Under the pieces are notes generated by a model. It made no database searches. It saw nothing but the letters and a program-made list of their open reading frames with translations, and was not told the DNA's origin. A stretch of DNA of 64,000 bases from Planctomycetota bacterium (lineage in GTDB: Bacteria > Planctomycetota > GCA-002687715 > DRQF01), in NCBI GenBank assembly GCA_036479435.1, contig JAZGFI010000103.1, positions 96,001-160,000 on the forward strand, read 5' to 3'. The position numbers were made by a program, and so were the translations under genes. Of this stretch, positions 28,567 to 37,865 are shown piece by piece. The stretch's first letter is position 1. The number at the start of each line of letters is the position of its first letter.

Positions 28567-29304
28567 CTAAAATAGGTGCCCAAACAGCGCCTGAACTTCA
28601 AGGCCGATTAGGCAATTCCTCACGGAATGCAAGTCATCGTAGTTCGAGTCATTAGGCCCTACTCTGCGGGCTTCATTGTCGGCCATTGCCCGATAGAATA
28701 GGGCAGATCTCGCCGCAGCGTTGTAGGCATCACGCTTACGTCTTCCTGACAGTGACCCATTTATCACTCTCCGGGAGAATCTCTCTAGGGTCCTCTTAAT
28801 TACCTCATATTCTTTCTTGACTCGCCCTAACTTGCCATCTGCAGGACGATGAGGCCCCTGTCCCGTATGTAAGCCTTCGTGAACTACTTGGTGGAGCAGC
28901 TCACCATCAGAACTGTCACAGAGTTCGTGATAGTTGAATGACAAATCTGGGGATCCAGGGGTTGAGAACGCACCCTTCTTCCTCGTGTGTACCCAAACGA
29001 TGACAAAGCAGAGCTCTCGTGCGTCAAGTATGTCTTCTTCTGTCGGTACTCCGCTCGGGGGATCCAAGAGGTCCCCTTTTTCGTCGTCGATTGTGTCTAT
29101 GACAGCGTTCTTTTTCTCATCGATAAGATCGTACTTGGCAGTACCCGACAGCGTAGGATTGAATAGGCACACCATGTGTTCAATGGTTCTTGAGGAAAGC
29201 CCATCCAAAGGGCCGTTACCGCCGCTCGGAAATACCTGCGCGAAACCACAGGGGCATAGGACCGCGATCGAAAGGGCCAAAAGGGCCGTTGAGCGCAACT
29301 GCAT
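28567..29304 (-). CDS. Secreted hypothetical protein with HExxH zincin-like motif
   Basis: GGAGA RBS before ATG at 29304, signal peptide MQLRSTALLALSIAVLCPCGFA, LLHQVVHEGLH followed by a downstream Glu (KKEYEV). Confidence 0.65.
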   Translation of the reverse strand: MQLRSTALLALSIAVLCPCGFAQVFPSGGNGPLDGLSSRTIEHMVCLFNPTLSGTAKYDLIDEKKNAVIDTIDDEKGDLLDPPSGVPTEEDILDARELCFVIVWVHTRKKGAFSTPGSPDLSFNYHELCDSSDGELLHQVVHEGLHTGQGPHRPADGKLGRVKKEYEVIKRTLERFSRRVINGSLSGRRKRDAYNAAARSALFYRAMADNEARRVGPNDSNYDDLHSVRNCLIGLEVQALFGHLF

Positions 29305-29496
29305 GCGGTATTCTCCAAATCGTGTCATTGTCTGCACCCCAATGTCTCCTGCGAAGTAGGCGTGCCATTTGCCTGACTCACGCGAGCAAGGTACCCCCCC
29401 CCCTCTCGATGACGTCAAGTCCCATCATTCGCACAGCCGCCTGCTCGCAATCCCTGCTTGAGATTCCCGTGGTCCTCTGGTCCCTTGATCACGCCA

Positions 29497-30039
29497 CTAT
29501 AGGAAGTAGAGGCTGGAGATGATCTTGGCTTTGATCCAGTCGATTGAGATCAAGCCCAGTTGTCGGCTGTCGGGATGGCTGGCGCCGCTACGCAGGTGAC
29601 GGTCGCCGAGGAGGACCAAAAAATAGCCATCGGGAATGGCGCCCGCGGGGATCTTGTGGCCCGGTGGCAGACCGATTTCTTCGGGTCTCCCCGCAACTTG
29701 CATGGCGGCGGCGCTGGAGTTTTTATCGGCGAAACTGACGATGTCACCGGCAAGACCCGCGATAACCCCGTAGGTCATCGCGCCCCCACCCGAGGGCGGT
29801 GCATAACGGATGACGCTGCCAATGCCCAAGGGAGTGTTGGCGTCGCAGGAGATGGAAACGACGCGCGTCCCGGCGGGCATGCTCTGCGGTTCGAGGTGGC
29901 CGTACCCTTGGGGAATGGACTCTAAGTCGTAACGCCACAGCAAAAAGGTGATGCCGAGGATGACTAAGGTGTAGACGACGTATCTCACGGTCTTTTTGAT
30001 GCGTCGGATCTTCGAAAAAGTTCTGCCCTTAGTTCCCAT
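29497..30039 (-). CDS. Signal peptidase I (S26)-like membrane protein, catalytic residues degenerate
   Basis: One TM segment, then 'IAGLAGDIV', 'IPDGYFLVLLGD' and 'DSRQLGLI', matching S26 boxes D/E. The KR motif is absent. Confidence 0.6.
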   Translation of the reverse strand: MGTKGRTFSKIRRIKKTVRYVVYTLVILGITFLLWRYDLESIPQGYGHLEPQSMPAGTRVVSISCDANTPLGIGSVIRYAPPSGGGAMTYGVIAGLAGDIVSFADKNSSAAAMQVAGRPEEIGLPPGHKIPAGAIPDGYFLVLLGDRHLRSGASHPDSRQLGLISIDWIKAKIISSLYFL

Positions 30040-30673
30040 GATGGCCCCAGCTCCTTCGAAGGCTGACCGCCGCTTGCTGCGGATCGGCGGCATCAAAAAT
30101 GAAACGCATGACCGCGAGCCCGGCCGCGCCAGTGCGCGCCACAGCTTCAGCGCGGCTATCGTCGACACCGCCGACAGCGACCACGGGACAAGTGACGTGC
30201 TCGCAAACCGATTCTAGTTCATCTAGGCCGCGCAGCGAAACCAGCCCTTTCTTCGAGGGAGTTTCAAACACCGGGCCGTAAATCAAAAAGTCAGCTCCGG
30301 CCTCGGCCCGTTTTTGAGCTTCGGCTGGGTTGTGAACGGAGACGCCAATGGGAAGGTTCGCGCCGTAACGTTTTTTGACTTCGGACAAGGGCGATGAGCG
30401 GAAACTGAGCTGCAAGGCGCAGGCTTCGATTTCGCCCAGTAGATGGTCGCGTTCGTTCAAAATGAAGCAGGCCCCGGCATCGACGACGACTTTGCGCAGC
30501 TCTTTTGCGCGGCGGATAAACACGTCATCCGCTAAGGACTTCTCGCGAAACACCACGGCGCTGACACCACCTTGAATCGCCTCCGCGACGGCCCTTGCGA
30601 GCTGAGTGAAGGAGATGTCGGCGCGATCCGGGGTGATCGCCAGTAGCTCCAAGGGTATCGTGAAGTTAGGCAT
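30029..30673 (-). CDS. thiE: Thiamine-phosphate synthase (ThiE/TenI family)
   Basis: FREKSL, FILNER, GVSVH, GPVFETPSK and VAVGGV motifs. Start at ATG 30673. Some canonical ThiE residues are altered, so TenI-like is possible. Confidence 0.78.
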   Translation of the reverse strand: MPNFTIPLELLAITPDRADISFTQLARAVAEAIQGGVSAVVFREKSLADDVFIRRAKELRKVVVDAGACFILNERDHLLGEIEACALQLSFRSSPLSEVKKRYGANLPIGVSVHNPAEAQKRAEAGADFLIYGPVFETPSKKGLVSLRGLDELESVCEHVTCPVVAVGGVDDSRAEAVARTGAAGLAVMRFIFDAADPQQAAVSLRRSWGHHGN

Positions 30674-31766
30674 GAGGACGGCGAGTTGAGACGCGGCGGT
30701 GCCCCATTTCAATCAAGCGATCAATGAGCCCCGAGAACCCGATGCCGGCGACCTTGGCGGCCAAGGGTGCCAAGGATTGTTTGGTGAGACCGGGAATTGT
30801 GTTGGTTTCTAGGATCAAAGGACCTCGTTCCTCGCACAGGATGAAGTCCGTTCGGGTGATGCCATCACAGCCAAGGCGCTCGTGAACTTCGAGGCTCATC
30901 GACTGGACCAAGTCACTGAGGGCGACATCGACGGGAGCCGGACAGATTTCTTGGGCGCCGCCGATCTCATACTTGGCGGCATGGTCGAACCAAGTCGCCG
31001 CCAGCGGGCGGATCTCGACCAAGGGAAGGATCTCAGGTTTTTCCGAATGAGCATCCTTCAACACCGCGCAAGTAAACTCCCGGCCGGGGATAAACTTCTC
31101 AGCCAAGACCGCATCACAGCTCGCGAACTGCGACGCTAAGGTTTCGCGCGCGGCCTCGGCATCGTGAACAATTTGAACGCCAACGCTCGACCCCGAGTCT
31201 TTGGTTTTCAGCACCAGGGGAAATCCTATGCGCTCCTGCAGAGCCGCGAGGACTTGCGCCGGCTCGTTGAGCCATTCGCAACGTCGAAAGGACAAAGAAT
31301 CCGCGCAAGGTAGTCCCGCATCGCGCAGGAATGCCTTGTAGAGAGTTTTGTCCAAAGCCAAGGCGCTGCATTCGGGGCCCGCCCCGGTGTAAGCCAAATC
31401 TGACCATTCGAAAAAGGCCTGAAGGCTGCCGTCTTCACCCGGATGTCCGTGCAAGGCGATGAAGACGATGGAGGTGCCCCGCTCTTTGAGGGTCTGCACG
31501 GCGTCCAAAGGAGACTGCGGAGCTTCGAAAGCATCGTCCGCGCCCGAAGCGGCAAACACGGGGTCCTCAATGAATCGTTTTTTGAGCTGAGCCGCCTCAT
31601 CAATGCTGGTGATCAGACGACCAATACGAAAATCGGCGCGTTCGTTGAGAAGGACCACTCGAACTTGTTGACCGCGCGCGACGAGATCGCCAACAACCTC
31701 GCAACCCGACAGCAATGAGACCGCCGATTCGCCGGAAGGCCCTCCCATAAGCACTGCCACTGTCAT
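30666..31766 (-). CDS. ddl: D-alanine--D-alanine ligase
   Basis: GGPSGE..VSLLSG, LHG.PGEDG, GSSVGV, EKFIPGREF and ETNTIPGLT motifs. Confidence 0.93.
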   Translation of the reverse strand: MTVAVLMGGPSGESAVSLLSGCEVVGDLVARGQQVRVVLLNERADFRIGRLITSIDEAAQLKKRFIEDPVFAASGADDAFEAPQSPLDAVQTLKERGTSIVFIALHGHPGEDGSLQAFFEWSDLAYTGAGPECSALALDKTLYKAFLRDAGLPCADSLSFRRCEWLNEPAQVLAALQERIGFPLVLKTKDSGSSVGVQIVHDAEAARETLASQFASCDAVLAEKFIPGREFTCAVLKDAHSEKPEILPLVEIRPLAATWFDHAAKYEIGGAQEICPAPVDVALSDLVQSMSLEVHERLGCDGITRTDFILCEERGPLILETNTIPGLTKQSLAPLAAKVAGIGFSGLIDRLIEMGHRRVSTRRPHA

Positions 31767-31790
31767 GGTCGTTCTTGGCTCCCTTTGTGA

Positions 31791-33185
31791 TCAGTCGAGG
31801 TAGAGATCCTGATCGGTACTGAGCCCATCGACGAAGTCCGCTGTCAGGTCCGACGCTTCAATCGCGCAGGCCGGGGAGATTTCGATGCCAATGCTCGGTG
31901 TCCCATCTGCGGCGCGCGGGATGATGAGCCCAGCCGCCTCCAGCCAGCTCGCAAAAAGAGCCTGCTGAGCCGCAAAGGAAGACTGCGGGGAGTCCTCCCC
32001 TTCGGCGTTTTTGATCGGCGCGAATTCCTCGTCGCGATTGACTGCTAGCAGCACCGACTTTTGGCAGCGAGCCAAGGCATCAAAGACGAAAGTCTCGAAT
32101 TTCACGCCGTCAATGCGGCTCGGTTCTCCCGTTTCTGGATCCAGAGCAGGGATTTGTTTGCGCGCGAGGTGATAGGGCAAGTCCAGGCCGTGCTCGGTGA
32201 TCGACTCAACGAAATCGCGACGGATCGCGTGCACCGCGATGTTGCCGGCGTTGAATTTGAGTTGCCCGCTCTCTGTCGTCGCCTCGAGCTCCTCCGAACT
32301 GAGGTCCGAGTATTCGATGACGCCGTAGCGGCCGTTGACGAGGCCAACGACACCAACTTTCTCTTGAGGATTGCGCTTCGATACGACCTTAGTCGACATC
32401 TCCGCGCCCTCGAGAACGTGATGCCCGAGGAACTCAGGGTCGCCAATCTGAACTAAGGGGTTGTCGACTTGGAAGTAGAAAATTTGCTCGACGCCCTCGT
32501 CGCGCATTTCGTCCAGAGCCCCGCTTTCGCGCAATCCCAAAAGAGATCCGCCATGGCCGTTGGGACTAAGGAAAAGTTCTCCCGGACCCTGCAGCAAGAT
32601 CCGCCCCTTGCGGTCTAAGGCCGGCAGCATGGCTTGGGAAAAGAACTTCACGCGGCCAGAATCGAGACCGAAGTAGGACTCTTTTGCAAAAAAGGCGCGC
32701 GTTTCCTCGTCGTTGGCGCGACTCGTCATCACGTACCACAAAGGCGTACGGCCGTAGCGAGTGCCCAAGGCCGCGACTTTTTCGGCGAAGACCTGAAACA
32801 GGCTCTTTTTGCGAAGCGGAGTGGCGGGATACATACCTTTGGGGCCGTCGAAACCCAAGCGCGATCCCTGTCCGCCGGCGACGACAAATACCGCGACTTT
32901 GCCGGCACGCAGTAGTGCCTCGCCTTGTTCGCGAGCGTCTCGGTCCTCTTTTTCGTCTCCGCCTTTGGTCTTGGCGGCTGCGGGCTCAAGGCTGGTCGTC
33001 GACCCGCCTGAATCCGCAGCGAGCAAACTCTTCAAATTTTCGAGCAGCTCCCAGTTGAGGTCGAAGAGCTCTTGATAGAAATCGCGTCCTGCGACCTCGC
33101 CAAGCTGGTCGACACCCTCCAAGAGGTGTTCTTGCCCACGCTGCGCCAACAGGGCGCGAATTCTTGACTCCTCGCCTCCCGCCAC
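31791..33185 (-). CDS. Eukaryote-type UDP-N-acetylglucosamine pyrophosphorylase (UAP1/UDPGP type 1 family)
   Basis: AGGQGSRLGFDGPKG, PNGHGG, QVDNPL, EKVG...IEYSD, KFETFVFD and EFAPIKN motifs. GTG start at 33185, just after the fabF stop. Confidence 0.9.
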   Translation of the reverse strand: MAGGEESRIRALLAQRGQEHLLEGVDQLGEVAGRDFYQELFDLNWELLENLKSLLAADSGGSTTSLEPAAAKTKGGDEKEDRDAREQGEALLRAGKVAVFVVAGGQGSRLGFDGPKGMYPATPLRKKSLFQVFAEKVAALGTRYGRTPLWYVMTSRANDEETRAFFAKESYFGLDSGRVKFFSQAMLPALDRKGRILLQGPGELFLSPNGHGGSLLGLRESGALDEMRDEGVEQIFYFQVDNPLVQIGDPEFLGHHVLEGAEMSTKVVSKRNPQEKVGVVGLVNGRYGVIEYSDLSSEELEATTESGQLKFNAGNIAVHAIRRDFVESITEHGLDLPYHLARKQIPALDPETGEPSRIDGVKFETFVFDALARCQKSVLLAVNRDEEFAPIKNAEGEDSPQSSFAAQQALFASWLEAAGLIIPRAADGTPSIGIEISPACAIEASDLTADFVDGLSTDQDLYLD

Positions 33186-33190
33186 TGGTA

Positions 33191-34435
33191 TCAGTCCTTC
33201 AGGTTTCTGAAAGCAAGGCAGAGGTTGTGGCCGCCAAATCCAAGCGAGTTGGAAATGGCAATGTCGATCGCGAGGTCGCGAGGACCGCTTTGGACGTAGT
33301 CCAGGTTGCAGTCGACATCGGGGTGGTCGCAGTTTTTGGTTTGGTGGACAACGCTGTGCTGGATCGACAGCGCACAAACAACCGACTCGACGGCGGCCGA
33401 GCCACCCAATAGGTGTCCAATCATGCTCTTCGTGCTACTCACGGCTAACTTTTTGGCGTGGTCACCGAAGACCGCTTCGATCGCCAGGCTCTCGTTGGGA
33501 TCGTTGATCGGCGTCGACGTGCCGTGGGCGTTGACGTAGCTAACGTCAGTGAGGTCGGCCTTGGCATCGCGCAGGGCGAGACGCATCGCGCGTTGGGCAC
33601 CTTCGGCTCCCGGCGCGGGCTGGGTGATGTGATGGGCATCGCCCGTCATGCCGACACCTGCCAACTCACAGTAGATCTTGGCTCCGCGAGCCTTCGCAAA
33701 CTCGTACTCCTCGATCACCAGGACGCCGGCGCCTTCGCCCATTACGAAACCGTCGCGATCGCGATCGAAGGGCCGCGAGGCCGCTTCGGGATCGTCGTTG
33801 CGAGTCGACAGAGCCTTCATGTTGCCAAAGCCGCTCATGCCTACTGGCGTGATGGTCGCTTCCGCCCCGCCGGTCAAGACGATGTCCGCTTCGTCGTACT
33901 GAATCGCACGTAGGGCGAGACCAATCGCGTGACCGGCCGAGGCACAGGCCGAAGCGGTGGCGAAGTTGGCGCCCTTTAGATTGTAGATCATCGACAACTG
34001 GCCAGACATGGCGTTGAGCATGATCTTGGGAATGAGGAAAGGCGAGACTCGCTTGGGGCCCATTTCCAGCAGGCGTTTGTGCTGGATTTCGGTCTCCAAC
34101 AGTCCGCCGATTCCCGAGCCGGTGATGACGGCAGCTCGTTCGGCAATCGCATCGTCGACGACGAGACCCGAATCGGCCATCGCCTCAACGGCCGCGACGA
34201 GACCAAAATTGACCCAGCGATCCTGTCGTCTAGCGACTCGAGCATCGATGTACTGGGAGGGATCAAAATTCTTGATCTCACCCCCAATCGTCGCGGGGAA
34301 ATCGGTCGTATCGAAATGCTCGATGCTGGAGAGTCCGCTGCGGTTTGCGAGCAGGCTTTCCCAGGTGTCCGCGGCGTTCATGCCAACGGGGGTGACACAC
34401 CCCACGCCGGTGACGACGGCTCTGCGCATGGTCAA
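33191..34435 (-). CDS. fabF: 3-oxoacyl-ACP synthase II
   Basis: ASACASA catalytic Cys, [26 protein letters not shown]. Confidence 0.97.
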   Translation of the reverse strand: MTMRRAVVTGVGCVTPVGMNAADTWESLLANRSGLSSIEHFDTTDFPATIGGEIKNFDPSQYIDARVARRQDRWVNFGLVAAVEAMADSGLVVDDAIAERAAVITGSGIGGLLETEIQHKRLLEMGPKRVSPFLIPKIMLNAMSGQLSMIYNLKGANFATASACASAGHAIGLALRAIQYDEADIVLTGGAEATITPVGMSGFGNMKALSTRNDDPEAASRPFDRDRDGFVMGEGAGVLVIEEYEFAKARGAKIYCELAGVGMTGDAHHITQPAPGAEGAQRAMRLALRDAKADLTDVSYVNAHGTSTPINDPNESLAIEAVFGDHAKKLAVSSTKSMIGHLLGGSAAVESVVCALSIQHSVVHQTKNCDHPDVDCNLDYVQSGPRDLAIDIAISNSLGFGGHNLCLAFRNLKD

Positions 34436-34480
34436 TACCTCTATCTCTTTGCGCCTCGGCGCAAAGACCTCGGTCTCACG

Positions 34481-34520
34481 AAAAAGGCCGTGAGCCGCAC
34501 GCGACGGACTTCACGGCCTT
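34481..34520 (-). terminator. Intrinsic terminator-like hairpin between acpP and fabF
   Basis: AAGGCCGTGA (34484-34493) and TCACGGCCTT (34511-34520) inverted repeat, followed by a U run on the minus strand. Confidence 0.6.
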
Positions 34521-34647
34521 CAGATTCGGTCGATTGGCTTCGGAGACTCATTAAACGAGTCGCCGCAAAGCCGGTGCCCCGAAATTGCGTTGCGGTTAAG
34601 GACGCTAAGTCTTGGCGCGCAACGCCGGAGCTCTCGAACGCAATGGC

Positions 34648-34884
34648 TTACTTGGTCGCTTCCTCAATGTACTTAACCGCGTCGCCGACCGTTTGGATCT
34701 TCTCGGCGTCGTCTTCGGGGATGCTGATTTCAAACTGCTCTTCGAGCTCCATGACAAACTCGACGGTATCGAGCGAGTCGGCGCTCAGGTCGTTCACGAA
34801 GGAAGTTTCCATCGTGACGCGATCGGGGCTCGCGCTCAGTTTGTCACAAACAATGGACTTCACCTTTTCGGCTACGTCGGACAT
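34648..34884 (-). CDS. acpP: Acyl carrier protein
   Basis: [11 protein letters not shown] phosphopantetheine site, 78 aa, acidic. Confidence 0.97.
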   Translation of the reverse strand: MSDVAEKVKSIVCDKLSASPDRVTMETSFVNDLSADSLDTVEFVMELEEQFEISIPEDDAEKIQTVGDAVKYIEEATK

Positions 34885-35080
34885 CTCAATTCCTCTAAAT
34901 CACTGGTCGTTCGGAAACTCCGAGTCGAATCCTCGGGGCCGCCGTTCGAGGGGCACATGACCCTCATGGAGATCGTCTCCGAGGGCCAGAATTAATACCA
35001 CGAAGACGAGACGTCTTCAAACTGAGGCCAAGGTGGTTTCAACCCGGCACTGATATTCCAAGTCCTTTTCCCAAACAGGC

Positions 35081-35827
35081 TTAGATCGCAATGCCGCCGT
35101 CAACAACCAGGGTTTGCCCCGTGATGTAGGCGCCACTACGGCCCGCCAAGAACACCGCTGCCGCGGCAATGTCGTCGCCGCTCCCAAAACGTTTCAAGGG
35201 AATGGAGTCGCGCATGGCATCCCTTTGCTCACCTTGAAAGCCCGAGGTCATGTCGGTTTCGATGAATCCAGGGGCGATCGCATTGACGCAAACCTGACGC
35301 GACGAAAGCTCGCGAGCGAGGGCTTTGGTGAAGGCCACCAGCCCGCCTTTGCTCGCGGCATAGTTGACTTGTCCCGCGTTCCCCTGCAAGCCGACAATGC
35401 TCGCGATGTTGATCACACGGGCACCACCGCGCTTCATCAGCGTCCTGGTAAAGGCCCGGCAGGTGTTGAAGGCACCCTTCAAGTTGGTGTCGATAACCAG
35501 ATCCCAGTTTTCTTCGCTCATGCGAAGAAACAGACCGTCGCGCGTGACGCCAGCGTTGTTGACCAAGATGTCAATCTCGCCAAAGTCGCCGAGGATCTCT
35601 TTGCCCAAGGCCTGGACCGACTCGAAATCAGCGATGTCGGCCCCGTAGGCCTTCGCGCGAACCCCCAAAGATTCGACGGCAGCCACGGTGTCGGCCACAC
35701 GTTCGGCTGCGGTGGCCACGGCGGCGATCTGGCAGCCTTCGCGCGCTAATCCCTCGGCAATGGCGCGGCCGATGCCGCGACTCGCTCCGGTGACGACGGC
35801 GATCTTATCTTTCAATTCAAAATCCAT
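35081..35827 (-). CDS. fabG: 3-oxoacyl-ACP reductase
   Basis: TGASRGIG, NNAG and YAASK motifs, in a fab cluster. Start at ATG 35827. Confidence 0.95.
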   Translation of the reverse strand: MDFELKDKIAVVTGASRGIGRAIAEGLAREGCQIAAVATAAERVADTVAAVESLGVRAKAYGADIADFESVQALGKEILGDFGEIDILVNNAGVTRDGLFLRMSEENWDLVIDTNLKGAFNTCRAFTRTLMKRGGARVINIASIVGLQGNAGQVNYAASKGGLVAFTKALARELSSRQVCVNAIAPGFIETDMTSGFQGEQRDAMRDSIPLKRFGSGDDIAAAAVFLAGRSGAYITGQTLVVDGGIAI

Positions 35828-35838
35828 GGATGGACCTT

Positions 35839-36783
35839 TCAGGCTTGAGCCGCGTTTTCGAGATCGGTGACGGCGTTGAAGCTCGTACAAACCGCATCGC
35901 GATCGATTTTCTTAAGGAGGCCGGTCAAGACTTTGCCGGGGCCAGGCTCAACAAAGGACGAGACTCCCGAGCCAAGAACCGTCGTCATGGCGTCCACCCA
36001 CAACACGGGCTTCAGCACTTGCGCTTCAAGGCAGCGGCGAATCTCACTCGCGTCACGCATGAATTGCCCCGTGACGTTGCCGGCAACGGGTATGCGAGGT
36101 GCCACAATCTCAGTTGCTTCCAACTCGACTCTCAGCTTGGCCGCGGCGGGCGCCATGAGCGACGAATGGAAAGCGCCCGCAACGTTGAGGACAATCGCCC
36201 GACGAATGCCCTCTTCCTTAGCCACCACCACAGCACGCTCAACCGCGGTTTTTGTTCCCGACAGAACGATCTGGCCCGGCGACAAGAAGTTCGCGACGGT
36301 CAAGACTTCCGATTCAGCCGCCTTGTTGGCGACTCTTTCCGCCTGTTCAGGTTCGGCACCGACGAGCGCCACCATGCCGCTGGGCGGATGATCGCTGGCT
36401 TCCTGCATGAAGGTGCCGCGTTTCGAGACCAGCCGAAGACCGTCTTCAAAGGAAAACGCACCGGCGTACCACAGCGCGGTGTACTCGCCGAGGGAAAGCC
36501 CCGCTGTCGCCTTCACTTCGCTGCGATTCAAGATGCCCTCGTTTTCCAAAACGGTGACGATGGCAGCGCTGGTCACGAAAATCGCGGGTTGGCAGTGTTT
36601 GGTCGCCGTCAGATCTTCGCTGGGGCCGTTTTGGCAGAGCCCCGGTAAGTCATACCCGAGCAGGTCGGCCGCACGATCGAAGAGTTCTTTGGCCGCCGGA
36701 TAGCTCGCCATGAAATCCACGGCCATGCCGACTTTTTGGGCTCCCTGCCCCGGGAACAAGATGGCTTGTGATCGGGAAGTCAT
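35839..36783 (-). CDS. fabD: Malonyl-CoA:ACP transacylase
   Basis: FPGQGAQ, GLSLGEY and GAFHS motifs. Confidence 0.96.
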   Translation of the reverse strand: MTSRSQAILFPGQGAQKVGMAVDFMASYPAAKELFDRAADLLGYDLPGLCQNGPSEDLTATKHCQPAIFVTSAAIVTVLENEGILNRSEVKATAGLSLGEYTALWYAGAFSFEDGLRLVSKRGTFMQEASDHPPSGMVALVGAEPEQAERVANKAAESEVLTVANFLSPGQIVLSGTKTAVERAVVVAKEEGIRRAIVLNVAGAFHSSLMAPAAAKLRVELEATEIVAPRIPVAGNVTGQFMRDASEIRRCLEAQVLKPVLWVDAMTTVLGSGVSSFVEPGPGKVLTGLLKKIDRDAVCTSFNAVTDLENAAQA

Positions 36784-36798
36784 ACGCGATGTTCCTAA

Positions 36799-37788
36799 CT
36801 ACCAGCGAATAAGGGCGGAGCCCCAGGCCAGACCGGCGCCGAAGGCGACCATGCTGATCAGGTCACCTTCTTTGAGACGTCCGGCGCGTTTCACTTCATC
36901 AAAAGCAATCGGCACCGATGCGGCAGAGGTATTGCCGAAGCGATCGAGATTGATGTAGACCCGGTCCATCTCGATGTTGAGCTTGCCGCATGCGGCTTCG
37001 ATGATGCGTTGGTTGACCTGATGAGGAACCACGAGCGCAAGATCAGCCGTCGTGTGTTGAGTTTCTTCGAGGGAGGTGTTGATTAAGTGGCGGAACTTGT
37101 TGACCGCAAACTTGAATACATCGCGCCCCTTTAGGCTCATGAGGTGTCGACGTTCTTCGATGATGGGATGAGACAAGGGCTCGCGGCTACCGCCGGCGTT
37201 TCTTTGAATCGCCTCCCATTGCTTGCCGTCTAAACCGGAAGTGAGGTGTAAGGCACGGCCACGTTCGGCACCTGCCTTCAGGATCATGGCTCCGGCGCCA
37301 TCGCCAAACAGGATGCAAGAAGCGCGGTCTTGATAGTTGAGGATACTCGACAGCACTTCAGCGCCGATGACGAGCGCATTGTCGATGATGCCCGCCGCAA
37401 TCATGCCCTGTGCGGCCATAAAAGCGCTCAGAAAACCCGTGCAAGCATTGGTGACGTCCCAACCGCCGGCTTGCGTGGCACCCAAGCGGTCTTGAACTAA
37501 GGCGGCGGTGTTCGGCAGCATGTAGTCCGGTGTCACCGTGGCCACGATGATCATCTGAATCTCAGCGGCTTCCATGCCTGCATCTTCGAGCGCCGACTTG
37601 GCGGCGTTGATGCAAAGGTCCGAACAGGCCTCGTGTTCCGCCGCAACGCGGCGCGCCCTCATGCCCGTGCGCTGAAAGATCCACTCATCCGTCGTGTCGA
37701 CAAGCTTCTCCAAATCGGAGTTCGTCATCACTTTTTCTGGGACGTAGTGGCCGGTGCCGACAATACCCACGTCGCGAATGGTATTCAT
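36799..37788 (-). CDS. fabH: 3-oxoacyl-ACP synthase III
   Basis: NACTGF, FGDGAGA, PHQVN and GNTSAAS motifs. Confidence 0.96.
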   Translation of the reverse strand: MNTIRDVGIVGTGHYVPEKVMTNSDLEKLVDTTDEWIFQRTGMRARRVAAEHEACSDLCINAAKSALEDAGMEAAEIQMIIVATVTPDYMLPNTAALVQDRLGATQAGGWDVTNACTGFLSAFMAAQGMIAAGIIDNALVIGAEVLSSILNYQDRASCILFGDGAGAMILKAGAERGRALHLTSGLDGKQWEAIQRNAGGSREPLSHPIIEERRHLMSLKGRDVFKFAVNKFRHLINTSLEETQHTTADLALVVPHQVNQRIIEAACGKLNIEMDRVYINLDRFGNTSAASVPIAFDEVKRAGRLKEGDLISMVAFGAGLAWGSALIRW

Positions 37789-37865
37789 GTTGATCTCCTC
37801 GTGGTCCCCGCTGAACTCGACAGCAAAGCGATGAGCGTCGCCACCGCCGACTCTCTGCGGTCTCT

